A stretch of 64,000 nucleotides of DNA from assembly GCA_035906255.1 (NCBI GenBank), contig JAMIFM010000011.1:39607-103606 (forward strand), given 5' to 3'. Made by a program: the position numbers and the translations under genes. The stretch is from Bacteroidia bacterium. Lineage in GTDB: Bacteria; Bacteroidota; Bacteroidia; UBA8524. This document shows positions 46,067 to 54,138 of the stretch, piece by piece (the stretch's first letter is position 1; the number at the start of each line of letters is the position of its first letter). The notes beneath the pieces were generated by a model. It ran no database searches and was not told where the DNA came from. It saw nothing but the letters and a program-made list of their open reading frames with translations.

Positions 46067-47353
46067 ATGAAAAAGATACGGATTGATAACAGCCTTTTTA
46101 AACAAAACCGTGAACGGCTTTTGAATAAGATGGAAGCAAACAGCGTGGCGGTGATAAATGCCAATCTAACCTTTCCTACTAATGCCGACGGGACTTATCC
46201 TTACAAACCTAATAACGATTTGTTTTACCTGACGGGTATTGAGCAGGAAGAAACCACCCTTTTGTTGGTAAAAGAAAGTGAAACGGCTTCAAAAACCATT
46301 TTGTTTATCAAGCCTTTTGACCCGCTGTATGAAAAATGGATGGGCAAACTGCTTACCGTTGATGATGCTCAACAAATTGCCGGCATTGATGCGGTGTTGA
46401 TGAATACGGCATTTGAAAGCACTTTTAATACCCATGCCTTGCAACAGCAAACTATTTATCTGAATGCCAACGAGCATTTGCGTGCTGTGCTTGAGGTACA
46501 AGACAAGGATGCGCAATTTGGGCAATGGTGCCGTCAAAAATATCCCTCGCACACTTATAAACGCCTTGCACCCATTATCAGCAGTTTGCGAATAATAAAA
46601 AGTCCGATTGAGGCTGATTTGATGCAACAAGCTGCCGATGTTACCACACAAGGTTTTTTACGCCTGCTGCAAATGGTGAAACCCGGTGTTTGGGAATATG
46701 AAATTGAGGCTGAACTATTACACCAATACTACAAGCATGGTACTGCAACGGCCGATTATCATCCCATTATTGCCAGTGGTGCCGATAGCTGCATATTGCA
46801 CTACACCGCAAACAGCAAGCAATGCCAAGCGGGCGATGTGCTATTGGTGGATGCCGCCGCAAGATGGGCGAATTACAATGCCGACCTTACCCGAGTTATT
46901 CCCGTGAGCGGGCAGTTTACCCAACGGCAAAGGCAAGTGTACAATGCTGTACTAAGGGTTAACAAGGCTATGCAAACCCTTATGGTGACAGGGGCTTTAC
47001 TGGCCGATTTACAACAGCATTGTTTTGATTTATTACTGAAAGAATTGGTTGATTTGGGATTAGTTGCTAAAGAAGCTATACACAACCCGTCGTTGCGCAA
47101 AGAAGCCCTGCAAACCTATTGCTATCACAACTTTTCGCACCTGTTGGGATTAAGCGTACACGATGTGGGCGATATGAAACAACCTTTGCAAGCTGGCGTG
47201 GTACTTACCAACGAACCGGGTATTTATATAGCTGCCGAAAATATAGGCGTGAGGATTGAAAACAACATCTTAATTACTGAAAGCGGTAATAAAGACCTGA
47301 TGGAGAACACCCCCATTGAGGCCGAACATATAGAAGAACTGATGAACTCGTAA
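46067..47353 (+). CDS. pepP: Xaa-Pro aminopeptidase (M24B family).
   Basis: N-terminal creatinase/prolidase domain plus C-terminal pita-bread domain with metal ligands (D...D...H...E...E contexts HLLGLSVHD, TNEPGIY). The ORF track starts at 46016. Confidence 0.8.
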   Translation: MKKIRIDNSLFKQNRERLLNKMEANSVAVINANLTFPTNADGTYPYKPNNDLFYLTGIEQEETTLLLVKESETASKTILFIKPFDPLYEKWMGKLLTVDDAQQIAGIDAVLMNTAFESTFNTHALQQQTIYLNANEHLRAVLEVQDKDAQFGQWCRQKYPSHTYKRLAPIISSLRIIKSPIEADLMQQAADVTTQGFLRLLQMVKPGVWEYEIEAELLHQYYKHGTATADYHPIIASGADSCILHYTANSKQCQAGDVLLVDAAARWANYNADLTRVIPVSGQFTQRQRQVYNAVLRVNKAMQTLMVTGALLADLQQHCFDLLLKELVDLGLVAKEAIHNPSLRKEALQTYCYHNFSHLLGLSVHDVGDMKQPLQAGVVLTNEPGIYIAAENIGVRIENNILITESGNKDLMENTPIEAEHIEELMNS

Positions 47354-47360
47354 TTATCTG

Positions 47361-47783
47361 CTAAAACACCCTTTTTTCAAGCTCCTCAATCCGTTGTTTA
47401 ATAAACGGCGGAAAGGGGCTTTTCTCGTGTGTATTAAAATCAAACATCACAATCACATCCTCAGCTTCGGCAGCAATATTTCCCTCGCCGTCAAACAACC
47501 GGTGCACAATCCCGAAACTTGTGTTCTTAATAAACTCTACTCTCGATTCTATCCGCACCGTACCCGGATAAAACAACGGACGTTTAAACGCACATTTACT
47601 CTCAGCCAGCATAGGCCCTATGTTGGTTTCCGCATGATAATCCGTTATCCCCACCTGCTCCCAATAATTTACCCTTGCAGCCTGCACATACTTAAAGTAC
47701 GATACATTATTCACGTGCCCGTACACATCCATTTCGCTCCAATCAATCCGTAAATTAAGCACCACAGAAAAAACATCGTTCAT
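47361..47783 (-). CDS. Acyl-CoA thioesterase, 4HBT/YbgC-like hotdog fold.
   Basis: 140 aa. The conserved DxxGHVNN motif (DVYGHVNNVSY) of the YbgC/FadM family. Confidence 0.8.
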   Translation of the reverse strand: MNDVFSVVLNLRIDWSEMDVYGHVNNVSYFKYVQAARVNYWEQVGITDYHAETNIGPMLAESKCAFKRPLFYPGTVRIESRVEFIKNTSFGIVHRLFDGEGNIAAEAEDVIVMFDFNTHEKSPFPPFIKQRIEELEKRVF

Positions 47784-47821
47784 GCAGGCAATTTACAAAT
47801 TGTTATTTTTGATACGTTAAA

Positions 47822-48811
47822 ATGCTTCGCCAAAACCCCAATTTACGTTTACAGGTAAACACCCTTGCCATTGGTGCCCTTATTATGGTGGGTAAATTTG
47901 TGGCCTACTTTCTCACCCACTCAAACACAATACTTACCGATGCCCTCGAGAGTATTGTAAATATTGCAGCAGGTATAATGGGGGTATATAGCTTGTATTT
48001 AGCCGCCAAACCCAAAGATGCCGACCATCCGTATGGGCACGGAAAAATCGAGTTTATTTCAGCTTCGGTTGAGGGGACTTTAATTGCCGCAACAGGATTG
48101 ATGATGATAGTAAAATCAACCATCAACTTTTTTCAACCCAGCCAATTAACCAACCTCGATATTGGATTATATATCACCTCGGCAGCAGGATTACTAAACT
48201 ACTTATTGGGATGGCGTTTAGTATCACAAGGAGAAAAAACAAACTCGTTAACTCTTGTTGCCAGCGGAAAGCACCTAAAATCTGATGCCTACACTACCAT
48301 TGGCGTACTGGCAGGCTTAGCAATACTGTATTTTACAGGATTTAACTGGTTGGATAACGCCATTGCAATGGCAATGGGCGGGCTAATTGTTTATACAGGG
48401 ATTGGGATTTTGCGCCGCTCAGTAGCGGGTATTATGGACGAGGCCGATACAGGGCTGCTGGTAGATGTGATTAAAATTGTGAATGATAACCGCAGACCCG
48501 CTTGGGTAGATATACATAATATGCGGATTATTAAATACGGCAGCAGCCTGCACGTTGATTGCCACATTACCCTGCCTTGGTATTTTACCATAAAAGAAGC
48601 CCATGCAGAGGTAGAGGCCGTTGATAATTTAATAAGCAAGCACTACCCGCAAGGGGTTGAGTTTTTTATTCATACCGACGGTTGTATTGAAACGTCGTGC
48701 AAAATATGCGCGGTAGCCGACTGCAAGGTGAGGCAACACCCGTTTGAAAGCAAGATAGAATGGAGCCTTGATAATGTAATGCAAAACAAAAAGCATGGGT
48801 TAACCCCATGA
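47822..48811 (+). CDS. Cation diffusion facilitator (CDF) family metal efflux transporter.
   Basis: 6 TM followed by a cytoplasmic domain. Metal-binding motifs HSNTILTDALESIVN and HLKSDAYTT (HxxxD pairs in TM2 and TM5). Confidence 0.85.
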   Translation: MLRQNPNLRLQVNTLAIGALIMVGKFVAYFLTHSNTILTDALESIVNIAAGIMGVYSLYLAAKPKDADHPYGHGKIEFISASVEGTLIAATGLMMIVKSTINFFQPSQLTNLDIGLYITSAAGLLNYLLGWRLVSQGEKTNSLTLVASGKHLKSDAYTTIGVLAGLAILYFTGFNWLDNAIAMAMGGLIVYTGIGILRRSVAGIMDEADTGLLVDVIKIVNDNRRPAWVDIHNMRIIKYGSSLHVDCHITLPWYFTIKEAHAEVEAVDNLISKHYPQGVEFFIHTDGCIETSCKICAVADCKVRQHPFESKIEWSLDNVMQNKKHGLTP

Positions 48812-48835
48812 GCTTATACCTCCCTGTTCTTCTTA

Positions 48836-49030
48836 CCGCACCCTTTAGCAGGCACTATCCTTCGGCATTCTCAGGATGGCAGCCGCGCTTGCCCGTCGTT
48901 GGTAAAGTCCCCACAGGGGATTTAGGGGTATTGTCATGCTGAGCGATAGCGAAGCACCTTATCCCGCTTTGTGAACACAGTTGTTATAAGGTTCTTCGCT
49001 GCGCTTAGAAGGACAGAGAGGGGCGAAGTT
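48836..49030 (-). repeat. Mosaic repeat in reverse orientation (D'-end, A', G').
   Basis: cagcaggcactatccttcggcattctcaggatggcagccgcgcttgcccgtcgttggtaaagtccccacaggggatttaggggtattgtcatgctga...gttcttcgctgcgcttagaaggacag. Confidence 0.75.
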
Positions 49031-49186
49031 TCTTTTAGTGGAATTAAGAATATGTTTGCAGATGATTACAAGAGTTTATGGATAAAAAATCGTAACTTTA
49101 TATAGTTAATCGCATGGATATAAATAAAATATCTTGCATACAATAACAAGGGACGGTAATTACGTTATACCATAAAAGAACTCCTT

Positions 49187-50014
49187 TTGATAATCCGTGT
49201 ATTACTTGCTGTTTTTATACTAACACCACAACTAATTGGGGCGCAGGTAAATTTAGTGCCTAACGGTGATTTTGAAACCAATACTACAAAGAGCTTTCCG
49301 TGCAGTTGGTTGGTTGATGACGGTAATATTAACGATTATTTGTACGATTGGTTTACACCCATTGCTACTACTACAGATGTGATGAGCAACTATGCCGATA
49401 GTGATTGCTGGGCACGCACTCCTAATACGGGTGAAGGTTTTATGTTGCCGCATTCGGGCAGTGTGATGGTTGGTTTTATTAATTACTCGCCTGATGGCGG
49501 CTGCCAGCCCAATGAGTGGCATGAATACTTGAGTGTGGAACTGACACAGGCACTAACCCCGGGTAATATGTATTGCTTGGAGTTTTATGTGGCCTTGGGG
49601 GCAAACAGCCTGTATGCCACCAATAATATTGGGGCATTATTTACCGTAAACAGCCCTGAAAATAACAGTTGTACGCCCATTTTTAAGAAACCACAGGTAA
49701 ATGTATCACAAGTGGTTAAAAATACAAACCAATGGTTGCGTATAGAGTTGGGCTTTTTGGCCGATTCGGCATACAGGTATTTAACACTCGGTAATTTTTA
49801 CAGTCATGCTGAAACAATTATTGAGGAAATGAAAGAGAAACCTGCATTAACACCCGAAGGGACTCCTGTGATAACGGATGAGGATGTTGTTGTTGAATAT
49901 GAAGAAGAGGAAAGCACAGGAGTTAGTCACCTTGCATACTATTTTATTGACGATGTGAGATTATACCTATGCCCATCGGCAAAAATTACTCCTGCAAAAT
50001 CATTAGGAAACTAA
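49187..50014 (+). CDS. Hypothetical secreted protein with an N-terminal VPNGDFE-type (carbohydrate-binding-like) region and an acidic C-terminus.
   Basis: Signal peptide. The NLVPNGDFE motif is common to Bacteroidetes surface-protein N-domains. No catalytic motifs. Confidence 0.45.
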   Translation: MIIRVLLAVFILTPQLIGAQVNLVPNGDFETNTTKSFPCSWLVDDGNINDYLYDWFTPIATTTDVMSNYADSDCWARTPNTGEGFMLPHSGSVMVGFINYSPDGGCQPNEWHEYLSVELTQALTPGNMYCLEFYVALGANSLYATNNIGALFTVNSPENNSCTPIFKKPQVNVSQVVKNTNQWLRIELGFLADSAYRYLTLGNFYSHAETIIEEMKEKPALTPEGTPVITDEDVVVEYEEEESTGVSHLAYYFIDDVRLYLCPSAKITPAKSLGN

Positions 50015-50021
50015 CTACGGG

Positions 50022-50771
50022 TTAATCACCCCCTCCGCATCCTGAGCATCCGCTACAACCCGAATCGCCGTCTCCCGAACTGCCTGATGAGCCTGAATCG
50101 CTGCCAAAAGCGGCATCAAACCCACCTGTTGACCCACTGTCAAAATACCCGAAGTCCGTTCCGTAATAGGCTCCGCCGCCCGTTATTACCCCTGCGGCTT
50201 CGTTGCGTTTCAATTCATCATCAAATACCGTTAAATACTCACTGCTAAAATTAGGCAACAGTATAATGTTATTACCTAATAGTGCTCTAATTTCACCATC
50301 CTGCTTGTTTAGTTTATACTTTTCGTCTGCGTTTTTAATAACTGTATTAAGTTCAGTTGCAACATCAACTCCGGCAGGGGTATATGTATAGCCGCCTATT
50401 AAGACACGTTGCAACCAAGTGCGGTAAAAAAGACCACCTATATGAGGGGTTTGGGCTATTTGTCGCTTAAACCGTTTGGTGAGGGGCCTTATTATGGTAA
50501 TGTAATTTTTTAGTGAGGCTTGCAATCCCTCATTAAATCTAAAAGAGTTTAAAAAACTTTCTTCGTATGCAGATGCTTTGTAGTTATTGTAATTAGGCCC
50601 TGAGCTTACATACGGGTATTTTGCATTGTTTTTCTCAACCTCCACAATAGTAAGCACGCCTTTAAGCAGTAAATCCATAAAGGTGTACCGTATAAATAAT
50701 TTATGGGTGGTATTGCCTTTACTTATAATAAAACTGGTTTCAGCCGGTGTAAGTGATTTTAATAACTCCAT
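50022..50771 (-). CDS. Hypothetical protein with a C-terminal Gly/Ser/Cys-rich tail.
   Basis: 249 aa. C-terminus is ...GGGAYYGTDFGYFDSGSTGGFDAAFGSDSGSSGSSGDGDSGCSGCSGCGGGD. Separated by 4 nt from the upstream DUF1399-like gene. Confidence 0.4.
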   Translation of the reverse strand: MELLKSLTPAETSFIISKGNTTHKLFIRYTFMDLLLKGVLTIVEVEKNNAKYPYVSSGPNYNNYKASAYEESFLNSFRFNEGLQASLKNYITIIRPLTKRFKRQIAQTPHIGGLFYRTWLQRVLIGGYTYTPAGVDVATELNTVIKNADEKYKLNKQDGEIRALLGNNIILLPNFSSEYLTVFDDELKRNEAAGVITGGGAYYGTDFGYFDSGSTGGFDAAFGSDSGSSGSSGDGDSGCSGCSGCGGGD

Positions 50772-50775
50772 ACAT

Positions 50776-51279
50776 TTAGTTAGGTTTTCGTATCAGCCAA
50801 AACCTGTGCCTGTTTACACGGGTAAAATTAGTTTCTTTAAATCGGATTTTTGCAGCAGGCCAAAGGTGTGTAGGCGGTGTTTTTCCAAAATGTTTTTCAT
50901 ACTCAGCAAACGTTAGGGCATACCAATCAGTAAACTTTTCGCCTTCCGCTATTCCGCCCTCGGTAGGAGTATGGTGTATAATTTGCTGCAATATTTTAGG
51001 GCAAAATACATCCCAATACTCACGGGTATATAATAAGTGTAAATGCCATACTTGGTCTATCTCGTCGCTTGGTGTGAGTGGTTTATTACTTACACACAGC
51101 AAAAACATAAACTTTTTATATTCGTGTATAGCTTCGAGGGCAAAAGCCAAATCCCAATTGTTTTCTCTTGCCAGCCTTGCACTAAACGGAAACGCAGCAG
51201 CAGGGTTATCAGGGTCATAATCCAGCAAGCGTTGCCACAAAGGGTTCTCTGTTATCATTTTATTGAGATTATAATACAA
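50776..51279 (-). CDS. DUF1399 / GRDP (glycine-rich domain protein)-like domain protein.
   Basis: The motif DEIDQVWHLHLLYTREYWDVFC matches the DxDLIWHxHxLxPxxY...C signature I recall for DUF1399. 167 aa. Confidence 0.5.
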   Translation of the reverse strand: MYYNLNKMITENPLWQRLLDYDPDNPAAAFPFSARLARENNWDLAFALEAIHEYKKFMFLLCVSNKPLTPSDEIDQVWHLHLLYTREYWDVFCPKILQQIIHHTPTEGGIAEGEKFTDWYALTFAEYEKHFGKTPPTHLWPAAKIRFKETNFTRVNRHRFWLIRKPN

Positions 51280-51324
51280 TTTTAGAGTTTATTATTTAGA
51301 GTTTAGTTACCTGTACCGCTCCTC

Positions 51325-51915
51325 TGTCAGCATGACAATACCTCTAAATCCCCTGTGGGGACTTGCTCTTCCTCGTCATTGCGAGGTCTTCCGAAGCAAT
51401 CCGTTGGCATAAACACTAAAATCTAAATACTAAAAAACTGTTGACCATTGACGGTCGACTGCTGACCTGCGAGCAGATTGCCACGTCAGCCGAAGACGGC
51501 CTCCTCGCAATGACGATAGTTGAGCGAGTGCGGCAGACAACATTTAACTCACCCAAAACATCCCAACCTTGCTTGATAACCCAACACTTCCCCTCTCTTT
51601 GTAAGAGAGGGGCGAATGTCAGAAAGTCGACCAAAACAAAAATCAGGGGTGAGTCAAACAGCCTCCCTAAATTCTACTTCGACAAGCTCTGTTCAAGCCC
51701 TAAAGGGAACTTCAACAACGACGTACCAGTACGGCTGCCATCCTGAGAATGCCGAAGGGTGCGGCTGTTTCCCTCCTTGGGTGGTTAGTGGGCTGGTAAG
51801 GAGGGACTAAGGGAGGTGCCAAACGGATTGCTTCAAAACCCAAAAGCGGTTTTTCGCAATGACGATAGTTGAGCAAGTGCAACAGCCATCTTGAGCCTGC
51901 CGAAGGGTGCGGTTG
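51325..51915 (+). repeat. Second complete mosaic repeat copy (A-B-C-D-E-F), about 590 bp.
   Basis: Collinear and highly similar to 1400-1990. Overlaps the spurious ORFs 51416-51634, 51441-51746 and 51616-51810. Confidence 0.85.
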
Positions 51916-51926
51916 CCCTAAAAAAC

Positions 51927-51962
51927 AAAACCCGCCTTTACGGGGCGGGTTTTGCGGGTAGT
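51927..51962 (-). terminator. Rho-independent terminator for the heme-oxygenase gene (caaaacccgccccgtaaaggcgggttttg plus T-run on the minus strand).
   Basis: 12-bp GC-rich inverted repeat immediately 3' of the 52000 stop. Confidence 0.55.
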
Positions 51963-51999
51963 TTAAAAATTACACACAGCCTGTGTGCAAGGTTTTATA

Positions 52000-52596
52000 T
52001 TAGTTTGCCAATCCGCGAGATTGGATAAACATTTGTGTCATAGCATCAAAAGTAGCAGCGGCACCGGCTACCATTTTATCTTCGGCAGCGGCATCAGTAG
52101 CTACGTTTAGCAATACTTGCTGAAATGACTTCCAACGTGGGCCTACCATATCGCCGTAGCAACCGTAAAAATTAAACTCGTTTCCGGTAGCTGCCGCAAT
52201 AGTTTCGTTTTTGGCAAGCTGGCGGGCAATTACGCTACCGCCAAGTGTGCTGCCCTCAAGCACATAATAAGTACCCATAGCCGCATGAAAATCAGCTAAA
52301 TCAAGGCTAATATCATTGGTTGGATAATCAGCAGGGTTTAAACCCAATACCTCAAGGTCTTTTGCAAGAGCAGCCGTTTTTTTGCGACTGTCAAACTCAA
52401 GCCCGTCAAGGTTTTTCACTTGTGGATTTTGCTCCAAAGTTTCCTCAACCAACTTGTGGATGCGGTAGTTGTTAATTACCAATAATTTGTATTCATCAAG
52501 GGTAAGCTGACCGCTCATTATTTTGTTAGAGAAGCCCACTTCTTCAATCCTGTCGTGGTGCGGACGTGTTTCTGTTTTTAGCCTTTCGAGTATCAT
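52000..52596 (-). CDS. Heme oxygenase-like (biliverdin-producing, HemO/HugZ-unrelated canonical HO fold) protein.
   Basis: 198 aa. N-terminal LKTETRPHHDRIE and helical pattern typical of bacterial heme oxygenases. Confidence 0.65.
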   Translation of the reverse strand: MILERLKTETRPHHDRIEEVGFSNKIMSGQLTLDEYKLLVINNYRIHKLVEETLEQNPQVKNLDGLEFDSRKKTAALAKDLEVLGLNPADYPTNDISLDLADFHAAMGTYYVLEGSTLGGSVIARQLAKNETIAAATGNEFNFYGCYGDMVGPRWKSFQQVLLNVATDAAAEDKMVAGAAATFDAMTQMFIQSRGLAN

Positions 52597-52639
52597 TATT
52601 TATTTAGAATGATTTTAAACAATGCAAGTATACATACTT

Positions 52640-52772
52640 TATGACAAAAAACTGACAATATCTTAAAAAATGACATTTTTCTTTATCGAATATGACACTT
52701 CAAGAGCTTTGCAGTTTCTTTGTTGCGCTGTTTTTTGGTTGCAAACGGGCTAATTGACATTTTTATGACAAA
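52640..52772. promoter_or_regulatory. Array of six TGACA motifs, including two TGACA-N6-TGACA direct-repeat pairs, in a divergent promoter region.
   Basis: aTGACAaaaaacTGACAat (about 52642-52657), TGACAttttt (52671), TGACActtc (52693), tTGACAtttttaTGACAaag (52756-52770). Confidence 0.35.
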
Positions 52773-52838
52773 GTGGATTTTCTGCTTGTTTACCTATCCC
52801 CTGCTTTCTTGAATTAAGTTTTGTGCTACTTTTACATT

Positions 52839-53492
52839 ATGGAAACCAGTAAGCCTGCATTTAAAATTCAAAAAACACTTGCCGACCCTGTGTTTACCTC
52901 GCTGCTATTATCAAATGTGTTGCTGCTTGCCTTGTATTATACGGATAACACAAAGGCGTCAACCATTATCATCACTTATTATTTGCAAAGTGTGCTGATT
53001 GGCTTTTTTCATGTGATACGGATGGCTTCGCTAAAGAGTTTCGACCCTTCGAACTTTAGGGTAAACGGCAGGCCATTGCAAAACACCCGAAAGGCTAAGT
53101 GGGGCAGTGTTGCGTTTTTTACCCTTCATTTCGGGTTGTTTCACTTTGTGTATTTTATTTTTTTGGTTACGATGATGGATGAAATACCCGGACGGGTTGA
53201 TTTTTTGTTGTTGCTGGGCACGCTGGTGGCTATTGTTATCGGCTTGATTGTGGAAACAAGGGACGCTATTGTGTACGACCGTGCTAAGCCGCCGTTAATG
53301 GCCAATTTATTTTTTTATCCCTATTTGCGGGTAGTACCCATGCACATTTTTATTGTGCTGGGGTTTACCAATTTTAAGATTGAGACGTTTTTTTATTTTT
53401 TGCTTCTAAAAACTGCTACGGATATTGCGGGCTATTTTATCTTTTCACGAAAACTGAAACAAGCACAAAGCCCTTTAGGGCAGGGTTTCTGA
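52839..53492 (+). CDS. Hypothetical integral membrane protein (6 or more TM).
   Basis: Hydrophobic throughout. Likely start METSKPAF. No motifs. Confidence 0.45.
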   Translation: METSKPAFKIQKTLADPVFTSLLLSNVLLLALYYTDNTKASTIIITYYLQSVLIGFFHVIRMASLKSFDPSNFRVNGRPLQNTRKAKWGSVAFFTLHFGLFHFVYFIFLVTMMDEIPGRVDFLLLLGTLVAIVIGLIVETRDAIVYDRAKPPLMANLFFYPYLRVVPMHIFIVLGFTNFKIETFFYFLLLKTATDIAGYFIFSRKLKQAQSPLGQGF

Positions 53493-53497
53493 TTATT

Positions 53498-54064
53498 TTA
53501 GTCACGGTTGGGGGCTTGTGTTTCCAACTCGGCATACCACTCTTGCCCAAATTTGCGTATCAGCGCATCTTTCACAAAACGGTACACAGGCATTTTAAGT
53601 TCTTCTCCCAATGAGCATGCCGCATGGCAAATATCCCACTGGCTATAATTAACGGCTTTGTAGTGCTTGTATTTTTGCACCCTAACGGGGTATAAATGGC
53701 ACGATACGGGTTTTTTATATTCAATATCACCCGCTTTATGTGCCAGTTCAATAGCACATTGCGTTGTGCCTGTATGGTCATACACTACAAAATTACATTC
53801 GCCTGTTGGTTGGCAGGTAGTAACCGCCTCACCGTCCTCATCAATCTCATAAAAACCGTTTTCATCCAGTGCTTTTATGTATTCAGGAGTCATGTATGGT
53901 TTCACCGCTTCCAAGTTCTTTTCAATCTGCTCAATATCGTCTGCATCCAGCGGTGCGCCTCTGTCTCCCTCAACACAGCAAGCCCCTTTACACTTTTCGA
54001 GGTGGCAGGTAAAATTAGTGTCAAAAAGTTGTTCAGAAATTATAGTGTCTTGTATAATAATCAT
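53498..54064 (-). CDS. DUF3109-like Cys-rich protein.
   Basis: 188 aa. Cys clusters (CHLEKCKGACC ... CQPTGECNF ... CHAAC) as in DUF3109 family proteins. Confidence 0.5.
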   Translation of the reverse strand: MIIIQDTIISEQLFDTNFTCHLEKCKGACCVEGDRGAPLDADDIEQIEKNLEAVKPYMTPEYIKALDENGFYEIDEDGEAVTTCQPTGECNFVVYDHTGTTQCAIELAHKAGDIEYKKPVSCHLYPVRVQKYKHYKAVNYSQWDICHAACSLGEELKMPVYRFVKDALIRKFGQEWYAELETQAPNRD

Positions 54065-54138
54065 TTAAGTGGGTGATTGAACTTTTGCATAACGAATTCT
54101 TAACATATAATTTTGACCTTTGAACCAAATTTAAAGTT

